Of a stretch of DNA of 36,142 nt, positions 16,462 through 24,301 are shown one piece after another (positions within the stretch are counted from its first letter, which is position 1; every line of letters starts with the position of its first letter). The translations under genes were made by a program, and so were the position numbers. This DNA is from an uncultured Candidatus Saccharibacteria bacterium (GTDB lineage Bacteria; Patescibacteriota; Doudnabacteria; UBA920). The notes below the pieces were generated by a model, which worked only from the letters and a program-made list of their open reading frames with translations, ran no database searches and was not told the origin of the DNA. The stretch lies in assembly GCA_964470855.1 (NCBI GenBank), contig CAYYEK010000001.1:1-36142 (forward strand), in the 5' to 3' direction.

Positions 16462-17985
16462 ATGGTATCCAAAATTTTTACAGCTGCTTTGGTTGGGATC
16501 GATGCGGTACCGATTATCGTTGAGGCGGATATAACATCCGGCTTGCCTACTACGGTAATTGTCGGGCTTCCGGATACGGCTGTGCAAGAAAGTAAGGAGC
16601 GAGTGAAAACTGCGTTGAAAAATTCTTCTTGTCCATACCCACAAACTCGAGTGTCTGTAAATTTGGCTCCGGCTGATGTTGCAAAAGTAGGCACTCACTT
16701 TGATTTACCCATAGCGTTAGCAATAGCTATAGCCGGTGGGTATGCCAAAGAACCGGAACAACCAGCTTGGTTTGCAGGTGAGTTGTCTCTAGAAGGGAGT
16801 TTAAGGCCGATCCAGGGTAGTTTGGCTATTGCCATTGCTGCAAAAGAAAATGGTATTGAAAAACTTTTTTTGCCAGCTCAAAATGCAGCTGAGGCTGCAT
16901 TGGTTGAAGGCTTGCAGGTTTATCCTTGCGAGGACTTTCAGCAAGTTTTAGCCCATCTATTAGATTTCAAGCATATCGCAACCTACCAGAGAGAGGCGGG
17001 GAGTATCCAAGAAAGAAACGGACAGGCTAGCTTTGTAGATTTGTACGATATAGCTGGACAAGAGCATGCTAAAAGAGCTTTGGAAATTGCATGCGCTGGA
17101 GGTCACAATTTACTGATGTTTGGGCCGCCTGGCTCAGGCAAAACTTTGTTGGCTAGAGCGATGTCAGGCATCTTGCCTGAGCTAACAAATCAGGAAAAAT
17201 TAGAGTTGACCAAGATTTACAGCGTGTCTGGAAAGTTAACTTTATCGGGCATGGTTGAAAAGCGACCAGTGAGAAGTCCCCATCATACTGCATCTGGTGT
17301 GGCGTTGGTGGGTGGTGGTGCAAATTCTAGACCAGGAGAGGTTACATTGGCTCATCGAGGAGTATTGTTTTTAGATGAGCTACCCGAATTTTCTAGAGCG
17401 GTTTTAGAGAGTTTGCGTCAGCCTTTGGAAGATGGCGTGGTGACTGTGTCTCGAGCAAAAAATACTTTTACCTATCCTGCCAAGTTTATCCTGGTAGCTT
17501 CTCTTAATCCTTGCCCTTGTGGTTACTATGGGGATACTGCCAAGCGTTGCACCTGCGCGCCGACACAGATCGTTAAGTACCAGAAGAAATTATCTGGGCC
17601 TCTTCTAGACAGGATAGATTTGCATATAGAAGTGCCGCGTGTTGAGTATGAAGAACTTTCTAAAATTCGAAGTGGTGATACTTCAGAGCAGGTTCGAAAA
17701 AGAGTGGAACAGGCTCGAGCAAGACAGTATGCTCGCTTAGGAGGAAGTAGGACCAATGGTGAGATGGGATTAACTGATGTGAGGTTGCATTGCGCCCTTG
17801 ACTCGCAAGGTGACGCTCTGCTGAAAAACGCTAGTAACAGATATAGTCTTTCAGCCAGGACCATCCATCGGCTGCTTAAAGTTTCCAGAACTATAGCGGA
17901 TTTAGCAGGATCGGACAGTGTCATGAGCTCGCATATTGCAGAGGCTTTGCAGTTTCGGATGCGTCAAGAGATGGTGGGTGTGTAG
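16462..17985 (+). CDS. comM: Mg-chelatase-like AAA+ protein YifB/ComM
   Basis: Lon-protease-like N-terminal domain (GLPTTVIVGLPDTAVQESKERV), GPPGSGKTLLA Walker A, VLFLDELPEF Walker B, C-terminal Mg_chelatase_C-like tail. 507 aa. Confidence 0.92.
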   Translation: MVSKIFTAALVGIDAVPIIVEADITSGLPTTVIVGLPDTAVQESKERVKTALKNSSCPYPQTRVSVNLAPADVAKVGTHFDLPIALAIAIAGGYAKEPEQPAWFAGELSLEGSLRPIQGSLAIAIAAKENGIEKLFLPAQNAAEAALVEGLQVYPCEDFQQVLAHLLDFKHIATYQREAGSIQERNGQASFVDLYDIAGQEHAKRALEIACAGGHNLLMFGPPGSGKTLLARAMSGILPELTNQEKLELTKIYSVSGKLTLSGMVEKRPVRSPHHTASGVALVGGGANSRPGEVTLAHRGVLFLDELPEFSRAVLESLRQPLEDGVVTVSRAKNTFTYPAKFILVASLNPCPCGYYGDTAKRCTCAPTQIVKYQKKLSGPLLDRIDLHIEVPRVEYEELSKIRSGDTSEQVRKRVEQARARQYARLGGSRTNGEMGLTDVRLHCALDSQGDALLKNASNRYSLSARTIHRLLKVSRTIADLAGSDSVMSSHIAEALQFRMRQEMVGV

Positions 17986-18062
17986 TAATTCAGTATAAGC
18001 CACAGTTGATTTTTTATGGAGTTGGGAGCAGAATGAAGGTAAATATTTAGCTTATATCGTTT

Positions 18063-18959
18063 ATGTCTAACAAGAAGGTGAAAAAAGCGGTGATCGCGGC
18101 AGCAGGATTTGGCACTAGGTTCTTACCAGCCACCAAGGCGATGCCTAAAGAAATGTTACCTATAGTTGATAAGCCGATAATCCAGTATGCAGTTGAGGAC
18201 GTAATTTCTGCTGGAGTTCAGGATATTGCTATAGTTACAGGTTGGCATAAACGAACCATAGAAGACCATTTTGATTACCCATTTGAGTTGGAGAAGAGGT
18301 TGGAAGAGGCTGGTAAGATGGAGCAGGTGGAGGAGGTAAGACGTATAGCAGAGATGGCCAATTTTATATATATTCGACAAAAAGGCCCTTATGGTAATGG
18401 GACGCCAATTTGGAATGCTAGAAGTTTTATTGGTGACGACCCTTTTTTATATCTTTGGGCAGATGATTTCATAGCGGCTGAACCTACACGCTGCCAGCAG
18501 TTGGTATCAGCTTATGAACGGTATGGTGGCAGTGCGATATTAGGAAGTATCAGGTTGAGCTCCGAGGATGATTACCGGCGCTACGGATACGCAGTGGGGG
18601 AGGAGCTGGAATCGGGTGTTTTAAAGGTTAGCCAAACCATTGAAAAGCCTGGTGCCGGCAAAATAGATTCGGATTATGCTATTGTTTCAGGTTTTTTGTT
18701 TGGGGCTGAGATGGTTGGGGCTATAGAGAAAGCTATGAAGCAGTTGGAGGCGGCTAGCTATCGTGATGAGCTTTGGTACAATCAAGGAATTAACAATATG
18801 TTAGACGACGGTCGAGAGGTGTTTGCAGCTGAAATTAAAGGCGGAAAGTATTATGACTGTGGGAACAAGCTGGAGTATTTGAAAACCGTGATTGAATACG
18901 GTCTCAAGCACGCAGAAATCTCAGAGCAGTTGAAAAAGTTTTTAAAAGAGGTTGTCTAA
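18063..18959 (+). CDS. galU: UTP-glucose-1-phosphate uridylyltransferase
   Basis: KAVIAAAGFGTRFLPATKAMPKEMLPIVDKPIIQYAVED is the GalU signature. 298 aa. Confidence 0.9.
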   Translation: MSNKKVKKAVIAAAGFGTRFLPATKAMPKEMLPIVDKPIIQYAVEDVISAGVQDIAIVTGWHKRTIEDHFDYPFELEKRLEEAGKMEQVEEVRRIAEMANFIYIRQKGPYGNGTPIWNARSFIGDDPFLYLWADDFIAAEPTRCQQLVSAYERYGGSAILGSIRLSSEDDYRRYGYAVGEELESGVLKVSQTIEKPGAGKIDSDYAIVSGFLFGAEMVGAIEKAMKQLEAASYRDELWYNQGINNMLDDGREVFAAEIKGGKYYDCGNKLEYLKTVIEYGLKHAEISEQLKKFLKEVV

Positions 18960-19014
18960 AGTTATACTACACCCCAATCTAGGTATATTTTTTGAACGAA
19001 CTTTGCTATAATCT

Positions 19015-20331
19015 ATGAGTAGCAAAGTTGGTATGAAACAAAAATTTTCAAAGAGTATATTTTTTAAGCTGTTGATGGTCTTTGTGGGCTTCTCTTTATT
19101 AGCTGCTGGTTGCGGGGGTGGAGGTGGTGGTAGCAATGAGAGTCTTGTAGTATGGACTGTCTACGATAATGACGAGACCCTTCGACCGGTGATTGAGTCA
19201 TTTAGGGCCAAACGCAAAGGGGTGGAGGTTAAGCTGCAGGTGGTAGACCCAGGGGACTATGAAGACCAGCTTTTAAACGCCATGGCGTCAGGCAGAGGTC
19301 CGGATGTTTTCTTTATACACAATAGCTGGCTACCGAAGTATCTTGATAAAATCTCTCCTGCCGAGAGTTCGGTTTGGCAGTATAGTGATTATAAAAATAC
19401 ATTTGTAGATGCCTTGTCTAGCGATTTTACCAAGGACAGGCAAGTTTATGGGGCGTCGCTATATGTAGATAGTTTAGCTTTGTTTTACAACAAAGACTTA
19501 CTTGGAACCGCAGGTATAGCCCGCCCACCAAGAACTTGGGCGGAGTTGGAAGTAGCCTCACGAAAGCTTGCTCGTTTGAACATTAACGGCTATTTTAGCA
19601 GAAGCGGTGTGGCTTTAGGTTTGTCCAGTGTGGCACCGGGAGGGCAAATCAATCGCGCGGAAGATGTGTTGTATTTGTTAATGCTGCAAAAAGGAGTGAA
19701 GCCCTGGTCTGAGGATGGTTTAAGTCCGGAGTTTGGCTCTGGGGATAGTGCAGCCGCAGCAGAGGAGGCTTTAAGGTTTTATACATCATTCGCCGATCCA
19801 GCTGGGGATAACTATACTTGGAATACTTTGAGCGATTACTCTATAGATGCATTTGCTAACAGTCGCGCTGGTTTAATGATCAATTATTCGTACGCCCGGG
19901 GGCTTATAGAGCAGAAGGCTTCAAATCTGAACTATGATGTTGCCCCAGTGCCCCAGCAGTCTTTGGATGTGTCGGAGTCTAACTTTGCCTCGTACTGGGG
20001 GATGGTGGTTTCCAAACAGAGTGAGCTGCAAAAAGAAGCTTGGGATTTCATAAAAGCCGCCACCAGTAAAGATGCTTTAGATAAATACGCTGGGGTAACC
20101 AAACTCCCTTCTAGTAGAAGAGACTTAATAGAATTACAGGTCAATGATCCTGAAGTAGGGGTATTTGCTCATGCCAATTTGACTGCAAAAACTTTTTACC
20201 GTCCTGACCAGCCGAAATTTGACGCCATAATCGCCGAGATGATAGATGATGTCGCTTTGCGTGGATCGCTCCCCCGCGAAGCTTTGTCTAAAGCCCAAGC
20301 ACAAGCAGCAGAAATTCCAACTGGCAAATGA
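19015..20331 (+). CDS. ABC-transporter family-1 extracellular solute-binding lipoprotein (sugar type), no cognate permease or ATPase nearby
   Basis: Lipobox LLAAGC followed by a Gly run. DVFFIHNSWLPKY, YGASLYVDSLALFYNKDLL and PRTWAEL are typical SBP_bac_1 blocks. The start may be the ATG at 19033, because TGcTATAAT (19004-19012) lies only 2 nt before 19015. Confidence 0.8.
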   Translation: MSSKVGMKQKFSKSIFFKLLMVFVGFSLLAAGCGGGGGGSNESLVVWTVYDNDETLRPVIESFRAKRKGVEVKLQVVDPGDYEDQLLNAMASGRGPDVFFIHNSWLPKYLDKISPAESSVWQYSDYKNTFVDALSSDFTKDRQVYGASLYVDSLALFYNKDLLGTAGIARPPRTWAELEVASRKLARLNINGYFSRSGVALGLSSVAPGGQINRAEDVLYLLMLQKGVKPWSEDGLSPEFGSGDSAAAAEEALRFYTSFADPAGDNYTWNTLSDYSIDAFANSRAGLMINYSYARGLIEQKASNLNYDVAPVPQQSLDVSESNFASYWGMVVSKQSELQKEAWDFIKAATSKDALDKYAGVTKLPSSRRDLIELQVNDPEVGVFAHANLTAKTFYRPDQPKFDAIIAEMIDDVALRGSLPREALSKAQAQAAEIPTGK

Positions 20332-20867
20332 AACAACCTATGAGTAAAAAAATATTTATTACCTTGTTCGTGGTTTTTGCCATGGTATTTTTGGTCGGGT
20401 TTGGTGCGTCTGCTCAAGCTGCTTTAGTTGACTGTGGAAATGCCGTTTCTCCAACAGACTCCTCAACAGGATGCAAGTTGGGAGATATACTGACTACAGC
20501 CTTTAATCTTATAGAGTATATGCTGGGAGGTGCGGCAACCTTTGCAGTGGCTGGGGTGGTTTATGGAGGAGTCTTGATGGTAACCTCTGCGGGTAATGAA
20601 AGTAGGTCAACTGAAGGGAAAAAAGCAGTAACTAATTCTCTCATAGGTTTGGCGGTCATCTTGTTGGCCTTTTTGATGGTTAGAACCTTGTTTACGGTGC
20701 TGGGTTTTGATAGTGCTGACCAAGTTCTGACTAGTCCGGATAACTACATAAACTCCGGGCAGGAGCAGATGTTTACCCCAGGATCAAGCGGCAACTCAGC
20801 AGGCCCCGGTACACAACCGGCAAATTGTGGCAGGTGGGACTTTATTACAGGAAACTGCGGAAAATAA
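20328..20867 (+). CDS. pilin-module protein A: signal peptide, short Cys-loop ectodomain, VirB2/TrbC-like two-helix module, 55-aa C-terminal tail
   Basis: The ATG overlaps the SBP stop (ATGA). Signal peptide ends ASAQA. Module is VVYGGVLMVTSAGNESRSTEGKKAVTNSLIGLAVILLAFLMV. Cys pairs at C36/C49 and C167/C177. Confidence 0.8.
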   Translation: MKQPMSKKIFITLFVVFAMVFLVGFGASAQAALVDCGNAVSPTDSSTGCKLGDILTTAFNLIEYMLGGAATFAVAGVVYGGVLMVTSAGNESRSTEGKKAVTNSLIGLAVILLAFLMVRTLFTVLGFDSADQVLTSPDNYINSGQEQMFTPGSSGNSAGPGTQPANCGRWDFITGNCGK

Positions 20868-20883
20868 GAATTATAAGTCAACG

Positions 20884-22116
20884 ATGAAAACAATACATGC
20901 TACATGGATAGGTCTAGTTTTGGGATTATTGGTTTTGATTTTTCCCAAGGTCAGCTTGGCGGCTTGTCAGATGCCGGTTCAAATTTCGTCTAGCGACTAT
21001 AATATATCTACCGGCGATAAATTTATAATTACTGCCACCGTGGAAGGCATAGTTCCGGCTGTGGGTTGTGGTAGAAAGACTAAACCAGTGTTATTAGTTT
21101 TATTTTTGCTCGGAAATGGGGGCAAGGATCTAAAGTATGGGGAGAGTAGTCCGGGTTTTAAACCTGAGCCTGGCGCTAACGAAAAATTTAGTTTCCAATG
21201 GGAGCTTGACACTTCAAAATTAGACAAGAGTGTATTTTACCGAGATGCTTCCGGTAAAATTTCAATTAAACCAAAAGCCTCACTTTTTGCAGACATAGGA
21301 GGTGCGAGCGACGATTATAGGTCAGTCTCAGAGAGTGGTCGTTTAGAAATAGCATTGACTGGTTCTAGCGGTTCTTCTAGCATGCTTGGGTTGTCGGGTA
21401 ACGTATATTTTAAGCCTCAAAAGTCTTATTATAATCAGGGAGAACAAGTCCAAGTTTTGCTAAATCTCACCGGATCTTCCAGAGAAGAATTGAAAAAGTC
21501 TGCTACAAATTTTAAGAATTTGTACATCAGTCTTTTGATAAACGGAAAATCGTCTGGGGGGTTTTCTAGGTCGATTGGAGATTTTATCAATAGCGATCAA
21601 TTTTTTGATGTAGAAGTGGGGACTGCTAAGGGCTTTCAAAAGGGAAATAACGCTATCACGGTAGAGCTGTGGGAGGTCAAAGAGGGGGATGGGCCAAAAC
21701 AAAAATTTTTATCAGCTACAGCTCAACTACAAGCATTCGGCGATGCCTTACCTGAACCACCAGCCCAAGGCGGTGTGGGCAATGGTACTGGAGGTGGAGC
21801 AGGTGGATCTGGTAATTATGCAGGAGGGGGTAGTGAAAATGTTACTACCAATCTCTCCGTGTCGGGTAGTTTGAGAAATCCTGTGAAGTTTGAATCCGCT
21901 GGCCAGCTGATTTCTGGGGTTATTTCTTTCTTGCTTGGCCTTATAGGTGCGCTCTCAGCGCTGTTTATAATAATCGGTGGTGTGATTATGATTACCGCTG
22001 CTGGTAGGCCGGAGCAGCTTACCAAAGGCAAAAAAACCTTGACCTGGGCGATACTTGGCCTTGCAGTATCTTTTCTGGCTTACAGTTTGATAGCGATAGT
22101 TCAAAACAGTCTTTAG
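20884..22116 (+). CDS. pilin-module protein B: signal peptide, ~300-aa beta-rich ectodomain, Gly-rich linker, VirB2/TrbC-like module
   Basis: The ORF is open from 20827. The ATG at 20884 gives MKTIHATWIGLVLGLLVLIFPKVSLAA. Linker is GGVGNGTGGGAGGSGNYAGGGS. Module is FIIIGGVIMITAAGRPEQLTKGKKTLTWAILGLAVSFLAYSLI. Confidence 0.8.
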   Translation: MKTIHATWIGLVLGLLVLIFPKVSLAACQMPVQISSSDYNISTGDKFIITATVEGIVPAVGCGRKTKPVLLVLFLLGNGGKDLKYGESSPGFKPEPGANEKFSFQWELDTSKLDKSVFYRDASGKISIKPKASLFADIGGASDDYRSVSESGRLEIALTGSSGSSSMLGLSGNVYFKPQKSYYNQGEQVQVLLNLTGSSREELKKSATNFKNLYISLLINGKSSGGFSRSIGDFINSDQFFDVEVGTAKGFQKGNNAITVELWEVKEGDGPKQKFLSATAQLQAFGDALPEPPAQGGVGNGTGGGAGGSGNYAGGGSENVTTNLSVSGSLRNPVKFESAGQLISGVISFLLGLIGALSALFIIIGGVIMITAAGRPEQLTKGKKTLTWAILGLAVSFLAYSLIAIVQNSL

Positions 22117-22123
22117 ATTTTGT

Positions 22124-22897
22124 ATGAAAAAATTACGTTATTTTTTTAGATTATCGGCTTTTCTTTTTACAGTTATAAGTGTTTTTTACTTTGGTCCTTT
22201 TGGGACTTTACACGCCCAAGAAGCTAGTGAGTGTACTGGTCAGCCTGTTCTAAGGGAAGGCAGTAAAGATGTCGCTTGTGTGAAAAAAATGAAAAACTTA
22301 CTAAGTGGACATTTAAACTTGGCTGACAGTGGGTCTTCATCTTTTAATCCCACTTCATCTGATTTTGGGAAGTTTGATTCTAGTACAACAGAGGCCGTAA
22401 AAGCTTGGCAGGAATCCAAAGGCATAACCAGAGACGGTATAGTTGGGCCGCAAACTTGGGCTACCTTACTTTGTAAGGACTGGGACGAGGCTAACAAGAA
22501 ATGCAAAGACGCTCAAACTGAAAAACCTCCAGCAGACATAACTCCTGATCCAGGTAGTACTCAACTATCTGCTGCGGAATGCGAGCGATTAAAGAGGGAT
22601 ATCGCGGAGTTCGGAGAGGGTGAACAGATAAGTAGCCTTCTTTCTTCCCGTTGCTATACACCAGGAGGTTTTGTTAGCAAGTTGGTTTCTTGGCTTCTGT
22701 CCATAGCTGCGTCACTTGCGGTGTTGTTCTTTGCTTTTGGTGGAGTCAGGTACATGACTGCTGCTGGTAATCCGGACGCGATGAAGTCTGCAAAGCAGAT
22801 TATGAAGTGGTCTCTTTTCGGATTGGTGGCAGTATTGCTTGCTTACACGATAGTAACTCTAGTAAAAAATATCACTACTTCAACTCAAATTTTATGA
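22124..22897 (+). CDS. pilin-module protein C: signal peptide, peptidoglycan-binding (PG_binding_1-like) domain, linker, VirB2/TrbC-like module
   Basis: FDSSTTEAVKAWQESKGITRDGIVGPQTWATL is the classic PG-binding repeat end. Module is FFAFGGVRYMTAAGNPDAMKSAKQIMKWSLFGLVAVLLAYTIV. Confidence 0.8.
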   Translation: MKKLRYFFRLSAFLFTVISVFYFGPFGTLHAQEASECTGQPVLREGSKDVACVKKMKNLLSGHLNLADSGSSSFNPTSSDFGKFDSSTTEAVKAWQESKGITRDGIVGPQTWATLLCKDWDEANKKCKDAQTEKPPADITPDPGSTQLSAAECERLKRDIAEFGEGEQISSLLSSRCYTPGGFVSKLVSWLLSIAASLAVLFFAFGGVRYMTAAGNPDAMKSAKQIMKWSLFGLVAVLLAYTIVTLVKNITTSTQIL

Positions 22898-22903
22898 GGT
22901 CTG

Positions 22904-22912
22904 TGGTATAAT
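22904..22912 (+). promoter_or_regulatory. extended -10 promoter TGgTATAAT internal to the cluster, upstream of protein D
   Basis: TG at 22904-22905 and TATAAT at 22907-22912. It is followed by a TATTTGT/ACAAATA leader hairpin and a GAGAGGGGG Shine-Dalgarno-like run. Confidence 0.55.
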
Positions 22913-22959
22913 ATACATGTTGCTATTTGTAAAGTAGACAACAAATAATTTGAGAGGGG

Positions 22960-23352
22960 GTGAATGAATTGACCTATTTCAAAAAGTTTTTAAAATACGC
23001 ATGGTTACCAATTATTGCCCTAGCCTTTTTCACTTTCCCAGGATTTGCCGGTGCCCAGTTGAAAGCGCCCAGCGGTCTTTGTGCTGACGGTTTAAACTGT
23101 GAAGATGTGTCTTTAAATGGACTGATTATCAAAGTCATAAACTGGATACTAGCTATAGTTTTGGCGATAGATGTTTTGGTCATCATCATTGGTGGGTTTT
23201 TGTACATCACATCAGCAGGCAATGAAGAGCGTGCTAAGTCTGGCAGAAAAGCAGTGATCAACGCTATCATCGGTTTGATCATTATCATCATGGCCTACGT
23301 CATAGCACAAGTGGTAAACAGCTTCTTTTCAGAAGAAGATATGGGTGCCTAG
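22960..23352 (+). CDS. pilin-module protein D: minimal member (signal peptide, ~25-aa Cys loop, VirB2/TrbC-like module)
   Basis: GTG at 22960. An in-frame TTG at 22969 is better spaced from the GGGGG run. Signal peptide ends GFAGA. Cys loop is CADGLNC. Module is VIIIGGFLYITSAGNEERAKSGRKAVINAIIGLIIIIMAYVIA. Confidence 0.8.
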   Translation: MNELTYFKKFLKYAWLPIIALAFFTFPGFAGAQLKAPSGLCADGLNCEDVSLNGLIIKVINWILAIVLAIDVLVIIIGGFLYITSAGNEERAKSGRKAVINAIIGLIIIIMAYVIAQVVNSFFSEEDMGA

Positions 23353-23360
23353 TTTATCAT

Positions 23361-23408
23361 CGTGCTGCGCTGGCAAGTTAGAAAAAGCTTAAGCTCCGGC
23401 GCAGCACG
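23361..23408 (+). terminator. 13-bp intercistronic stem-loop directly after protein D (attenuator, partial terminator or processing site)
   Basis: CGTGCTGCGCTGG (23361-23373) pairs with CCGGCGCAGCACG (23396-23408) with one G-U pair. The loop contains the palindrome AGCTTAAGCT. Only a weak T-tract follows. Confidence 0.45.
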
Positions 23409-23458
23409 GTGGTGGTTTCTTAGTAAGCGACTGTTCGTTTTTTGAGAAATCAAAACTT

Positions 23459-24295
23459 ATGAAAAATAAAATCATCATAACCCTTGCAATTCTTTTTTTG
23501 TTGCTAACGCCACGCCTTGCCAACGCCCAGTCGTTGGGTGCTGCAATACAAAGCAGCTGTCCTAAAGGAGATTCAGAAAAATGCACTACAGCAAAGCTGT
23601 TTTCCGAGGGTGTTGTGGTATTAAAATTTACAAACAGAAGTGGCCAAAATAATGAACCAGCAGAAGCTGTTGAATTTGTTTATTTGGAGAATGAGAATAA
23701 AAAGTTTACTGAGCTACTCCATTCTGTACGGAGTGATGACCAGTTAACGGTAAACATCCCAGAACTACCCGCTGGCAAAATATATTCGTTGTTTTATACT
23801 TTAAAAGGCGAAAATCAGGCCAAACTCTACCTTATCAAACAAGATCTGCCCGTTGCTACAGCTGAGGCTGGTACCGGTAGCGGGCAGACAGGAAGTGGAG
23901 GGACAAATACAGGAGGTCAGAACCCTACGGGAGGTGGAACAACCGGAACGGGCGGTGGTCAGCAAGTTGCGTCTGGTGATGGGAAGATACGGGATGGCCT
24001 AGAGGCTATAAAAGGAGAGTTTAATACTACTGGCGATATCGCTGGTGCGACTTCCATAGGCGGACTCATAGTTGGAGTGATCAGATTTTTGCTCGCTTTG
24101 CTTCTGGCCCTGGCGGTTTTAATGATTATCATAGGAGGGTTTATATACCTAACCTCAGCGGGCAATGAAGACAAAGCCAAGAACGGCAGAAAAACCGTGA
24201 TGTACGCCATCTACGGACTCATCATAGTCATCTTGTCTTATATGTTGGTTAATGTTGTTGAGCGTGCCATATCTACTGGTAACCCAGATGAATAA
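23459..24295 (+). CDS. pilin-module protein E: signal peptide, ~110-aa ectodomain, long Gly/Thr-rich linker, VirB2/TrbC-like module
   Basis: Signal peptide ends RLANA. Linker is GTGSGQTGSGGTNTGGQNPTGGGTTGTGGGQQ. Module is MIIIGGFIYLTSAGNEDKAKNGRKTVMYAIYGLIIVILSYMLV. Confidence 0.8.
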   Translation: MKNKIIITLAILFLLLTPRLANAQSLGAAIQSSCPKGDSEKCTTAKLFSEGVVVLKFTNRSGQNNEPAEAVEFVYLENENKKFTELLHSVRSDDQLTVNIPELPAGKIYSLFYTLKGENQAKLYLIKQDLPVATAEAGTGSGQTGSGGTNTGGQNPTGGGTTGTGGGQQVASGDGKIRDGLEAIKGEFNTTGDIAGATSIGGLIVGVIRFLLALLLALAVLMIIIGGFIYLTSAGNEDKAKNGRKTVMYAIYGLIIVILSYMLVNVVERAISTGNPDE

Positions 24296-24301
24296 TATTT
24301 T

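Noticed and set aside
20827-20883. Upstream start for pilin-module protein B that would overlap gene A by 41 nt.
   Set aside because: The ATG at 20884 yields a canonical signal peptide directly (MKTIHATWIGLVLGLLVLIF...). The 19 extra residues have no such character.
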